From NCBI GenBank assembly GCA_963422735.1, contig OY730476.1:4889053-4953052 (forward strand): DNA of 64,000 nucleotides, given 5' to 3'. Shown piece by piece: positions 28,782 through 38,198 of this stretch (the first letter of the stretch is position 1; the number at the start of each line of letters is the position of its first letter). Source of the DNA: Candidatus Latescibacterota bacterium. GTDB taxonomy: Bacteria > Latescibacterota > UBA2968 > UBA8231. Made by a program: the position numbers and the translations under genes. Under the pieces are notes generated by a model that was not told where the DNA came from, did not search any database, and was given only the letters and a program-made list of their open reading frames with translations.

Positions 28782-29429
28782 ATGCCTGTTTATCGCGGAC
28801 CCGATGGCAAAATCATTGAAGAGAAAACCGATAAGCGGAAAGAGGATACCAAACCAACGGACGTGGCCAACAGGCCGTTGCCGCCGGCACCACCGGGCGG
28901 CGAGCAACTCGCCGGGGAGGGGCGTTTAGATGCGCCCACGCAGCGGATGGGCGAAAGCCGGTCCAATGTCGGCGAGGAGGAAAGGACGCGCTTGGTAGGT
29001 GGGCGGCGGCGGCGAGAAGACGAGGAGCGTCGGCAGGAACGCGCCGAAGAGGATCGCGGCATGGATGATCCGGTTGTGGGGTGGTTGGTCGTTGTGGGGG
29101 GGCCGGGCAAAGGGCGGGCCGTGCAATTGGGTTATGGTTCCAATTCGGTTGGTCGCGGGGAGACCGATCGAATTAAGCTCGATTTTGGCGACGATCAGAT
29201 TTCGCGCAATAGCCATGCCGTTGTTACGTATGATCCGCGTGGCCGAAAATTTTACGTGCAACACGGCGGCGGCACCAATCTGACGTATCTCGCGGATCAG
29301 CCCGTGCTCGCACCGACTGAGTTGCCGGCGCTGACCCACATCGGTATCGGCAATACGATTCTCCGTTTCGTGCCCCTGTGCGGTGCCGAGTTTGATTGGC
29401 AGGATACAGAAGGAAGCGAAGCGCGATGA
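28782..29429 (+). CDS. FHA domain protein with disordered Thr-containing N-terminus
   Basis: PVVGWLVVVGGPGKG, VGRG, ISRNSH, GTNLTY. Confidence 0.9.
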   Translation: MPVYRGPDGKIIEEKTDKRKEDTKPTDVANRPLPPAPPGGEQLAGEGRLDAPTQRMGESRSNVGEEERTRLVGGRRRREDEERRQERAEEDRGMDDPVVGWLVVVGGPGKGRAVQLGYGSNSVGRGETDRIKLDFGDDQISRNSHAVVTYDPRGRKFYVQHGGGTNLTYLADQPVLAPTELPALTHIGIGNTILRFVPLCGAEFDWQDTEGSEAR

Positions 29430-30505
29430 ACGAATTAGACGGGCGCTTTGCCGCGCGGCAAATTCCCGGCAAACGGGAGTATCAAGAGGATGATTACGGC
29501 CTGCTGGATGGGCGCGATCTCGGCATAGATGGCAACGAGCACTCCATGTTGTTGGTCGCCGATGGCATGGGCGGCCACGTTGGCGGCGCGACTGCTAGCG
29601 GCCTTTTGATTAGGACCTTTGTCGAGGAGTATCCGCAGGCTTCCGGGCCAATCGTCGATCGGCTCCGAGACTGTCTCGAAGCGGCTAATAAAGCCATTGC
29701 CGATGCCATTGCCGAAAATCCCGCACTCGACGGCATGGGTTCGACCTTGGTCGCGGCGGTTGTTTCAAGCGAAGGGCTGAACTGGATCAGCGTGGGCGAC
29801 TCCCCGCTGTGGTTGTTCCGCGAGGGTAAATTGGAGCGTTTGAATGCAGACCACTCTATGGCTCCGGTTCTTGCGGATCTCGTGGCAATGGGGCGCATGA
29901 CCGCAGAGGAAGCCGCTCGGGATTCAAGTCGGCATTCGCTGCGCTCGGCGGTCATGGGCAATGACATACATCTGATTGACGCGTCGTCACAGCCGGTGGC
30001 GGTTGATAAGGGCGACCGGCTGCTATTGGCGAGCGATGGTTTGATGACCCTCAGCGATCAAGAGATCGCGGATATCCTCAAGAAAACGCAAGACGCGTCA
30101 TTGGAGGATAGCGCCGCGGCCCTTATCCAAGCTGTGGAAGCTGCCGAACATCTTCAACAGGACAATACGACCGTCTTGTTGTACACGCCGGAAGCTGGTG
30201 GGGATGCGGGATTAGCTGCGGCTGCTATTGGCGAGGGGGAAGATTTTCAGGATAAGCCGCGATTAAAACGAAAACGCAGGGGCAGACTGTTGAGGATGTT
30301 GCTATGCGTTGTCGTCTTATTGGGGGTGCTTTATTGGCTTAGGCAAGGCGAAAATGCGGCTGTTGAGCCGCCGGCGGCAGCTGCTGTGGGCACACTGGCT
30401 TCTCAGGAGGAGGCGACAGAGGACAGCATTCATGCGGGGGTAGAGGAAGCCGAGCTTAACGACCCGCGAGAAGAGGGTGTTGGGGTCGAGGGAGGGGAGA
30501 GGTGA
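29426..30505 (+). CDS. PP2C-family Ser/Thr phosphatase with C-terminal TM
   Basis: REYQED, VADGMGGH, GMGST, VGDS, DHS, ASDGL, QDNTT; TM LLCVVVLLGVLYWL. Confidence 0.94.
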   Translation: MNELDGRFAARQIPGKREYQEDDYGLLDGRDLGIDGNEHSMLLVADGMGGHVGGATASGLLIRTFVEEYPQASGPIVDRLRDCLEAANKAIADAIAENPALDGMGSTLVAAVVSSEGLNWISVGDSPLWLFREGKLERLNADHSMAPVLADLVAMGRMTAEEAARDSSRHSLRSAVMGNDIHLIDASSQPVAVDKGDRLLLASDGLMTLSDQEIADILKKTQDASLEDSAAALIQAVEAAEHLQQDNTTVLLYTPEAGGDAGLAAAAIGEGEDFQDKPRLKRKRRGRLLRMLLCVVVLLGVLYWLRQGENAAVEPPAAAAVGTLASQEEATEDSIHAGVEEAELNDPREEGVGVEGGER

Positions 30506-30523
30506 GAGCGCAGGGCGTCGTCG

Positions 30524-30733
30524 CTACGATATAAACGAGAGCGGCCATCCTGATGCCAGTAGGCTGGCCAGTAGCAAGCCAATCATCCAGCGGGTAGCTG
30601 CGCCGAGGCGGCGGCTCATTTCGTTAATGGCTCGCTCGATGCTTTCAAGGCGGCGGTCTAACTGCTCGACGACGCCTTCCAGCCGGCCAACGCGGCGGTC
30701 CAAGCTCTGTTCGTGGGACGTAGGGGAAGTTAT
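30524..30733 (-). CDS. small coiled-coil protein with C-terminal TM; ATA start or mutated start
   Basis: AGGAG-N6-ATA, then TSPTSHEQSLDRRVGRLEGVVEQLDRRLESIERAINEMSRRLGAATRWMIGLLLASLL...; absent from the ORF track. Confidence 0.6.
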   Translation of the reverse strand: MTSPTSHEQSLDRRVGRLEGVVEQLDRRLESIERAINEMSRRLGAATRWMIGLLLASLLASGWPLSFIS

Positions 30734-30841
30734 GATGCGCTCCTATAGATCGGGTTGGTCTCTAAATAGTATAATATAGGTATCTCGTATGGAGATACGA
30801 TGGCTTAGGCCCGCTACCAATCAACCAGATAAGGAGAAGCT

Positions 30842-31687
30842 ATGTTTCGCTCGCTATCACCGGGGGCTATCGGCGCAAGCGTAGAGAGCCTCGCAGACGG
30901 GCTTGATTTGGCCGCACGGCACGGATTCGCCGGGTATCACTTTAGCATTGGCGAAGTCGCGGCCATGGGCGCGGAAGAGGCCCTCGCATTGGCCGAGCGC
31001 AAGGGCGTACGCCTGTCGGCATGGGGATTTCCCGTTGATTTTCGCGGGGAGGAGGCCACATACCAAGCGAGCTTGGCGCAGTTGCCGGAGTTGGCAAAAG
31101 TGGCAGCGGTGTTGGGGGTGCAACGGACGGCGACTTGGATCATGCCGGCCTCGGACGAGTTGACGTACCAAGAGAATTTCGCCTTTCACGTCGAGCGGCT
31201 ACGGCCGGCCGCCGCGGTACTTGCCGAAGAAGGCGTGTGGTTAGGCTTGGAATACGTCGCGCCGAAAACGCTGTGGGCGAGCAAAAAGCACGAGTTTGTC
31301 CACACAATGGAGCAAATGGAGCAACTATGCCGAGCCGTAGGCGAGAACGCGGGCTTTCTGCTCGATAGCTGGCATTGGTACACGGCCCACGAAACCGCTG
31401 CGGATGTGCGTCGCTTGCGCCCCCAGCAAGTGGTGGATGTACACGTTAACGACGCACCGTCCGGCGTAGAGATTGACGAACAGCTCGACAACGTGCGCGA
31501 CTTGCCCGGGGCGACCGACGTAATCGACATCGAGGCATTCCTAAGCGCCTTGCAGCACATTGGCTACGACGGACCAGTCATGGTCGAGCCGTTCAGTCAG
31601 CGAGTGCGCGCCATGGAGCGGGAGGAGGCTGTGGCGGCTACGGCCGCCGCGCTGGGCCGCGTGTGGAAGCAAGCCGGACTTGCGTGA
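30842..31687 (+). CDS. sugar phosphate isomerase/epimerase
   Basis: LGLEYV, LDSWHW, VHVND, RDLPG, VEPF. Confidence 0.88.
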   Translation: MFRSLSPGAIGASVESLADGLDLAARHGFAGYHFSIGEVAAMGAEEALALAERKGVRLSAWGFPVDFRGEEATYQASLAQLPELAKVAAVLGVQRTATWIMPASDELTYQENFAFHVERLRPAAAVLAEEGVWLGLEYVAPKTLWASKKHEFVHTMEQMEQLCRAVGENAGFLLDSWHWYTAHETAADVRRLRPQQVVDVHVNDAPSGVEIDEQLDNVRDLPGATDVIDIEAFLSALQHIGYDGPVMVEPFSQRVRAMEREEAVAATAAALGRVWKQAGLA

Positions 31688-33443
31688 AGTGGAAATCCGC
31701 ACCATTGAATGCGACATCTTGGTCTTGGGCGGCGGCTTGGGCGGCGTGGCCGCGGCCGTGCGCGCCGCCCGCTTGGGCTATCGAGTCTGCCTGACCGAAG
31801 AAAACCCGTGGATCGGTGGCCAAGCCACTAGCCAAGGCGTTGCTGCCTTAGACGAACATCCGCACATAGAGCACTTTGGCGTCACGGCCCTCTACGGAGA
31901 ATTCCGCGCCGGCATCCGCGCGTACTATCGCCGCAAGTACAAACTGAAAAACCCAGACGACCCGCATTTCAACCCTGGGGCGGGTTGGGTTTCTGCCCTG
32001 TGCTTTGAGCCGCGAGCCGGCCTAACATCCCTGCTGTCCTTAGTCGTACCTCAAGTCGAGGCCGGCCGCCTGATGCTGTTTTACCATGCCCGCGTATCTG
32101 CCGCCCACGTCCAAGGCCAGTCCATCCGCAGCGTAGATGTCGTCCAAGACGGCGGCATGCACATCTTGCGCTTTGCCCCAGCCTATGTGCTCGACGCCAC
32201 CGAGCTGGGCGACTTGCTCCGCCTGCTGCCGGTACCCTACGTCTCAGGCGCTGAAAGCCGCGACCAAACCGGCGAGCCGCACGCCCGCGCCGCTGGCCCC
32301 GCCCGGCATCTGACCCAGTCTTTTACCTGCCCGTTTGCGGTCGATTTCTGCCCCGGTCAAGACCACACCATTCCCCGCCCGCCAAACTACGAGTGCCACC
32401 GCGACCAGCAGCCTTACACCTTGACCCTGCAGTACGCCCGCGGCCTGCGCACGTACCGGTTCTTCGAGACCGCCGCCGACTTGCCCGGTTCCTTTTGGGC
32501 CTACCGCCGCCTGTTGTGCGCCCATCAATTCGCCGAGGGGCAAGTGCCCGGGGATGTGGCCTTGATCAACTGGCCGGGCAACGACTACACCGGCGGCACC
32601 CTTATCGACGTGCCGCCCGCCGAGCGAGCGCAGCACATAGCGGCGGCCAAGGAACTGAGCTTGGGGTTGCTGTACTGGCTACAAACCGAGGTGCCGCGCG
32701 ACGACGGTCGCGGTCGCGGTTATCCCGAACTGCGGCTGCGCCCCGACATCATGGGGACCGCCGATGGCTTCTCCCAGCACCCCTACATCCGCGAATCTCG
32801 GCGCATCGAAGCGCGCAAAATTATTGTCGAGCAAGAGGTAGCCGCTCCGCACCAGCCCAATGCCCGCGCAGCCCCTTTTAGCGACAGCGTCGGTGTGGGC
32901 TGGTACGCCATTGACATCCACGGCCAAGCTACCGATGTGGTGTACGCCGCAGCCACCAAGCCGTTCCAGATTCCGTTGGAAGCACTCGTGTCGCGGCACT
33001 TGGACAACTTGCTGGCGGCCAGCAAGAATATCGGCACCACGCACATCACCAATGGCTGCTATCGCCTGCATCCGGTGGAGTGGAATATCGGCGAGGCCGC
33101 CGGTGCCTTGGCTGCTTTTTGCTTGAGCCAGCAACAGACCCCAGCGGGCGTGTGCAGCAGCGCGGCTCTGCGCCGCCAGTACCAGCAGACCTTGCTGGCG
33201 GCCGGCGTGCCGCTGTATTGGTATGAGGATGTGCCGCTTGGGCATCCGGCCTTTGCGGCCGTGCAGATGCTGGCCGTGGAGGGGATATGGCCGGGTTGCG
33301 CCAACCATTTGCGCTTTGATCCAGATGCCTTAGCCGATGCGCCCGCCGAGCGCCTACGGGCCGCGGGCCTGTCGCCGGACCTTGCGGGCCGCGATCCCAT
33401 AACGCGCGGGGACTTGGCACACCGAATGGACCAGCATTTGTAA
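31680..33443 (+). CDS. FAD-dependent oxidoreductase (FAD_oxidored family)
   Basis: GGGLGGVAAA, WIGGQATSQG, DATELGD, YIRESRR, GCYRLHPVEW. Confidence 0.9.
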   Translation: MREVEIRTIECDILVLGGGLGGVAAAVRAARLGYRVCLTEENPWIGGQATSQGVAALDEHPHIEHFGVTALYGEFRAGIRAYYRRKYKLKNPDDPHFNPGAGWVSALCFEPRAGLTSLLSLVVPQVEAGRLMLFYHARVSAAHVQGQSIRSVDVVQDGGMHILRFAPAYVLDATELGDLLRLLPVPYVSGAESRDQTGEPHARAAGPARHLTQSFTCPFAVDFCPGQDHTIPRPPNYECHRDQQPYTLTLQYARGLRTYRFFETAADLPGSFWAYRRLLCAHQFAEGQVPGDVALINWPGNDYTGGTLIDVPPAERAQHIAAAKELSLGLLYWLQTEVPRDDGRGRGYPELRLRPDIMGTADGFSQHPYIRESRRIEARKIIVEQEVAAPHQPNARAAPFSDSVGVGWYAIDIHGQATDVVYAAATKPFQIPLEALVSRHLDNLLAASKNIGTTHITNGCYRLHPVEWNIGEAAGALAAFCLSQQQTPAGVCSSAALRRQYQQTLLAAGVPLYWYEDVPLGHPAFAAVQMLAVEGIWPGCANHLRFDPDALADAPAERLRAAGLSPDLAGRDPITRGDLAHRMDQHL

Positions 33444-33477
33444 CGGGTGAGCCGATGGCGTATAATTTGAAGGGTGA

Positions 33478-33553
<76 letters not shown>

Positions 33554-33685
33554 ATTTTTTTATCCTTGCTCGAATTCTCTTCTATAGGGCAGCGTCAAAG
33601 AATAAAAAGTCGAATGAAACCTGAATGCCCAACCGTAAACTAGGAAATTCCGTTTCTTTTTTTTTGCTGACGTTCCAGCGCGGCC

Positions 33686-34774
33686 TTACTTGGCCAATCC
33701 CCGCTCGACCCTTCGCTCAAAATCGGCCATCTCATCCGCCCCATCTAACACGCCGATTTCCATGTTGAACTCGCGCACCTCGCCCGGCTCGATGTACTGC
33801 AAGGTGCCGTGCTTGCGGTTCCAAGCGCGGCCGAGCACCGAGCAGTTGCCCGGTTCAATGCCGGTGACATAGGTGCCCTTGTGGAAGTGCTGCCAGTGGT
33901 TGACGATGGGGATCTCGCTGTGCTTGAACTTCCAATACAATCCTAATCCCAGCTTGTCGTTGAGGAGGCCGATGTGGACGCGCCCTTGGCGGTCGGTGCG
34001 GGGCCGATGCACGTATACATCGTCGTGGGCGCACGGTTGTGGCCCTTTGGCCACGGCGTAGTCCTCCGGGCCGACGGGGCGGTCGGCGGTCCACTCGGTG
34101 CTCTTGCGGCTGTGGAGGACGAGGCGGGTCCCTGCGTCGAGGAGGGGGAAGCCGGGGTTGCAGTGATACACGAACATGAGCGGCGAGCGGTCGGCCGCGA
34201 GGTTTTCGATGCGGTCGCAGATGTGGATGCTCCGCTGGCCGAGCACGGTCGAAATCTCGCGCGACAGCTCTAAATTTTCGGCAAAGACCTCGGCTTGGCG
34301 CATTTGGCCGCGGATGCGCACAACGTAATCCGCGCCCTCCCAGCCGACCTCGATGCCGACGTTTTTCGCTGGTATGTACGAGAGGCGACCGTGCAGTGGC
34401 ATTTCGGCGTTTTCTTCTTCGGGATCGACTTCTGGGTGGCCGACAAAGTCGAGTCCGCAAGAGGTGACCAGCCCGCCAAACCAGCCGCGCCCCCATTTGA
34501 AGCCCTCTGGCTCGTAGAAGGCCGGCCCGACGTCTCCGGGGCCGGAGCGGAAGCACAACGACTGGCCCTTGTAGTGGGCCGAGGCAATGTCGAGGGCGCG
34601 GCCAGGCAAGACGGAAAATCCAAACCCCGAAGCGTTGAACACGTCTATGAGGTCGGCGCCGCGCTCAAAGCCTTCGCTGCGCTCGGCGCGGCGGGCGTAC
34701 ATGAGTTGGCTGATGTCTCCGACGCGGCTGAGAAGCTGGCGGCGGGTGAAGTTGCGGCCAAAGAGCTTGGGCAT
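33686..34774 (-). CDS. aldose 1-epimerase-like protein (DUF4432)
   Basis: GRALDI, GGLVTSCGL, PLHGR, YHCNPGFP, GIEPGN. Confidence 0.88.
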   Translation of the reverse strand: MPKLFGRNFTRRQLLSRVGDISQLMYARRAERSEGFERGADLIDVFNASGFGFSVLPGRALDIASAHYKGQSLCFRSGPGDVGPAFYEPEGFKWGRGWFGGLVTSCGLDFVGHPEVDPEEENAEMPLHGRLSYIPAKNVGIEVGWEGADYVVRIRGQMRQAEVFAENLELSREISTVLGQRSIHICDRIENLAADRSPLMFVYHCNPGFPLLDAGTRLVLHSRKSTEWTADRPVGPEDYAVAKGPQPCAHDDVYVHRPRTDRQGRVHIGLLNDKLGLGLYWKFKHSEIPIVNHWQHFHKGTYVTGIEPGNCSVLGRAWNRKHGTLQYIEPGEVREFNMEIGVLDGADEMADFERRVERGLAK

Positions 34775-34909
34775 GAGGAACCTCCTCGATAAAACGCTGA
34801 GATGCGGTTAAAAAAAGAAGCTATCGCAGGGATAGGCTTTGCATGGTAAAACAATGAATATAGGTTCTTCTTGCCAACCCGAATCCATTGCGGAAGGAGC
34901 GCAGAAGGC

Positions 34910-35821
34910 ATGGCTTTTTCAACGGCAGTGCAACTCGAAGATGTGTGGAAGCGCTTTGGCGCGGTTGAGGCCGTGCGCGGGGTGTCGCTGCGCGTACCCG
35001 CCGGATGTATCTACGGGCTGTTGGGTCCCAACGGCGCGGGTAAGACGACCCTTATCCGCATGATTATGAGCATCTTCTTCGCCGATTCCGGGCGCATCGG
35101 CCTGCTGGATGGGCAAACGGCCCTCGCGGTTAAGGACCAACTCGGCTATCTGCCCGAGGAAAAGGGCCTATATAAGAAGATGAAGGTCGCCGAGCTGATG
35201 ATCTATTTCGCGCGGCTCAAGGGGGTTGCCGCCGACGTGGCGCAGCAGCGGGCCGCCGAGTTGTTGCAGCACTATGGCCTCGGTGACTATCAGGATCGGC
35301 GCTGCGAGGTGCTTTCCAAGGGCATGGAGCAAAAGGTGCAATTGCTCGTGGCGCTGCTCCACGAGCCTGAATTGGTCATTCTCGACGAGCCTTTTTCCGG
35401 GCTGGACCCGGTCAACCGCGATCTGATGCGGGACGTCATCTTGCAGATGCGCCGCGACGGCAAAACGGTGATCTTCTCGACCCATCTCATGGATCAGGCC
35501 GAGCAGTTATGCGACTTTGTCGCGCTGATCAACAAGGGGCAGAAAGTCGTCGATGGCCCGTTGGGCCAAGTGCTCGCCAGCGGAGGGGGCGCCGCGGTGC
35601 TCGACTACGACGGCGACGGGCGTCTGCTGCGCGATCTGCCGGGCGTGGTGCGGGTCAACGACTCGGGCAAGCGGGCCGAGCTTTTTCTGGCCGAGGACGC
35701 GGACTCACAAGCAGTATTGGCCGCGCTCTTATACAAGGTGCAGATACGGGGCTTCGCTCTACGCACGGCCTCTTTGCACGAGATCTTCATCCGCGCTGTA
35801 GGGGAGGCCGATGATGCGTAA
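34910..35821 (+). CDS. ABC transporter ATP-binding protein (NatA/YhaQ-like)
   Basis: GPNGAGKTT, LSKGM, ILDEPFSGLD, STH. Confidence 0.95.
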   Translation: MAFSTAVQLEDVWKRFGAVEAVRGVSLRVPAGCIYGLLGPNGAGKTTLIRMIMSIFFADSGRIGLLDGQTALAVKDQLGYLPEEKGLYKKMKVAELMIYFARLKGVAADVAQQRAAELLQHYGLGDYQDRRCEVLSKGMEQKVQLLVALLHEPELVILDEPFSGLDPVNRDLMRDVILQMRRDGKTVIFSTHLMDQAEQLCDFVALINKGQKVVDGPLGQVLASGGGAAVLDYDGDGRLLRDLPGVVRVNDSGKRAELFLAEDADSQAVLAALLYKVQIRGFALRTASLHEIFIRAVGEADDA

Positions 35822-37337
35822 AATTGCTTTGGTTGCACGGCGCGAATACATGGAGCATGTCCGCACCAAGGGGTTTTGGATCGGCGTACTGGCCCTTCCG
35901 CTCCTGCTCGCTTTGAGCGTTGCGGTGCCCGTGCTATTGAGCGAGACCAAACAGGCGCGCACCTATGCTGTGATCGACCATTCGGGATTTGTACTAAGGG
36001 AAGTTGAGGAGGGCATTTTGGCCGAGGATCTGGGTATAGTGCTGCGGGCCGCGGCGACGCGCTATCGCGATGGCGGTCGGGCTTGGGAACGCCTGCCGGC
36101 TGCGGTCCGGGCAGCCGCGAAGGTCTATGTGAGTTTGGCGGAAGCAGAGCGGTCGGTGCTGGTCCAAGACCTCGCTGCGGGCAAAGGTGAGCGCGCGGCC
36201 AGTCTCGTCGAGTGGTGGCAGCAGATGTCGGCCGAAGAGTTGGAAGCCCTCGACTTGGAACTCTCGCGCAGCCGCTACATCCGGGTGGAGGTGCCCGGCG
36301 GCGACGATCCGCCAGCCGCGCTCAATCGCATGGTGAACGACGGCTCGCTCTTTGCCTACTTCGTCATCGCCCCGGATCCGGTCGCTAGCGACGAGGGGTG
36401 CAAATACATCTCTTTGAACCTGACCGACCGAGATTTGCGCCATTGGTTTGCAGACCGGGTGTTCCAAGTGGTGCGGGCGCGGCGCATTGAGCAGGCGGGC
36501 CTCGACGCGGAAACGAGCTACTGGTTACAGACCCCAGTGCATTTCGCCGAGCGCAAGGTCGATAAGCGCGGCGGAGAGGCCGAGGTTTCCACCGGCGACA
36601 GGGTTCGGCAGTGGGCCGTCATACCGTTCGTGTACCTATTGTGGATGGCGATATTTATTAACGCGCAGACGCTTATGACCAATACCGTGGAGGAGAAGTC
36701 GTCGCGCCTCATCGAAGTGCTGCTGTCCGCGCTGTCGCCCTTTGAGTTGATGGCCGGCAAGATCGCTGGCACGGCCGCGGTTGGGCTGACCTTGGTCTTT
36801 ACTTGGGTCGTGTGCGTTGTGGTGGGGGTGGTGGTCGCACCAGCCGCGTTAGGGGACGATGTGGCCTCCATCGTCGGCATTGCCAGCACCCCGCTTTACT
36901 TGTGGTCCTTTGTTTTTTACTTCTTGGCTGGCTTCCTGCTATACGCTTGTCTGTTGGTGGGGGCTGGCTCACTGTGCAACAGCTTAAAAGACGCGCAGAG
37001 CCTGATGCTGCCGCTCCTCCTCCCGCTGATCGTGCCGTTGCTTATGATGGTACCCATCACCATGGATCCCAACGGTACCTTGGCGCGAGTTGTGTCCTAC
37101 ATCCCGCTCTTTACTCCTTTTGTCATGATGAATCGGGCCGCTGGCTCCCCGCCGTTGTGGGAGTATTTGGCCACCACAGTGCTGCTTCTTTCGTCTATCT
37201 ACTTCGCGGTACAGGGGGCGGGCAAGATCTTCCGCATCGGCATCTTGATGACGGGCAAGCCGCCGCGTTTGGGAGAGGTCATGCGCTGGTTGACGGCCAA
37301 AGAAGACATCAGCCCGGCGGAGCGCGAAGCGGGCTGA
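35811..37337 (+). CDS. ABC-2 permease (NatB/YhaP-like)
   Basis: VARREY..VRTK, VEEKSSRLIEVLLS, multiple TM helices. Confidence 0.92.
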   Translation: MMRKIALVARREYMEHVRTKGFWIGVLALPLLLALSVAVPVLLSETKQARTYAVIDHSGFVLREVEEGILAEDLGIVLRAAATRYRDGGRAWERLPAAVRAAAKVYVSLAEAERSVLVQDLAAGKGERAASLVEWWQQMSAEELEALDLELSRSRYIRVEVPGGDDPPAALNRMVNDGSLFAYFVIAPDPVASDEGCKYISLNLTDRDLRHWFADRVFQVVRARRIEQAGLDAETSYWLQTPVHFAERKVDKRGGEAEVSTGDRVRQWAVIPFVYLLWMAIFINAQTLMTNTVEEKSSRLIEVLLSALSPFELMAGKIAGTAAVGLTLVFTWVVCVVVGVVVAPAALGDDVASIVGIASTPLYLWSFVFYFLAGFLLYACLLVGAGSLCNSLKDAQSLMLPLLLPLIVPLLMMVPITMDPNGTLARVVSYIPLFTPFVMMNRAAGSPPLWEYLATTVLLLSSIYFAVQGAGKIFRIGILMTGKPPRLGEVMRWLTAKEDISPAEREAG

Positions 37338-37338
37338 G

Positions 37339-38181
37339 TCAGTTGAGTGGGATCAGGCGATTGGCAAGAACGCGGATATTGTGCTCGATGGTGGGGGCGT
37401 CCGGGGCGTCGCCGGCCCAGCGGAGATACTCGCTAAAGGCCTCAATGGCCTTGAGGTACTCGCGGGTGTGGTGGTAGAGGAAGCCGAGATCGCGGTAGTT
37501 TTCGGCTTCGGCCGGCTGTAGGTACGCGATTTTCTCGGCCCAGCGGATGGCGGTGGGGAACTCGCGGGCTTGGGAGTGGAGGCGTTTGAGGTTGCGGAGC
37601 ATGCGCGTTAAGATGTGCAGCGACGAGGTTGGCTCGATGAACTCGGCGTCCAATTCGAGTCGGCGTCCCTCGATGACCGGCAGCCGCTCGCCTAATGACT
37701 TGCTATCGACAAAAGCGCCGTCGGCAAAGGGATCGACAAAGAGCGGCTCGTCGCCTTGGGTACTGCGCACGAGAAAGTGATGCGGAAAATTGACCCCTGC
37801 GAGGGGGAAGGACAGCCGCTTGCCCAGTTCTATATAGACGACCGCTAGCGTGATGGGAATGCCGAGGCGGCGGTCGAGAACCTCGTTGAGGTAGCTGTTG
37901 CGGGAGTCGTCGTAGTGGGCGCGGTTGCCGCGGAAGCCGAGGTCGCCGAACACGTATTGGCTCAGGTTGGCTAGAGAGGCCGACAGGGAATCGGCCGCGG
38001 CATAGCGCGAGCGAAAGTCCTCGCTCAGCGCGTCGAGTTGCCGTAGGTAGTGTTCGATATCGAGAGCGGGATACGCTTGCAGGGCGATGAGCAAGGCTCC
38101 GCGGGCGAGATCGATCCCGCCGGAGGGGTCGCGCGCCTTTTGGACGAGTGCGAAAAAAGGGTCGGAAGGCCGTGGACGCAT
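37339..38181 (-). CDS. SirB1-family transglutaminase-like/TPR protein
   Basis: NSYLNEVLDRRLGIPITL, GVNFPHHFL, RMLRNLK, TPR. Confidence 0.9.
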   Translation of the reverse strand: MRPRPSDPFFALVQKARDPSGGIDLARGALLIALQAYPALDIEHYLRQLDALSEDFRSRYAAADSLSASLANLSQYVFGDLGFRGNRAHYDDSRNSYLNEVLDRRLGIPITLAVVYIELGKRLSFPLAGVNFPHHFLVRSTQGDEPLFVDPFADGAFVDSKSLGERLPVIEGRRLELDAEFIEPTSSLHILTRMLRNLKRLHSQAREFPTAIRWAEKIAYLQPAEAENYRDLGFLYHHTREYLKAIEAFSEYLRWAGDAPDAPTIEHNIRVLANRLIPLN

Positions 38182-38198
38182 GCCGACTGCGGCCCCGG

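Noticed and set aside
21894-30505. Calling the operon a T6SS (PpkA/PppA/Fha), TerY-P triad or Zorya
   Set aside because: No tss core genes; the vWA protein is membrane-anchored rather than TerY-like; no OmpA-domain ZorB, long ZorA tail or ZorC/D/E.
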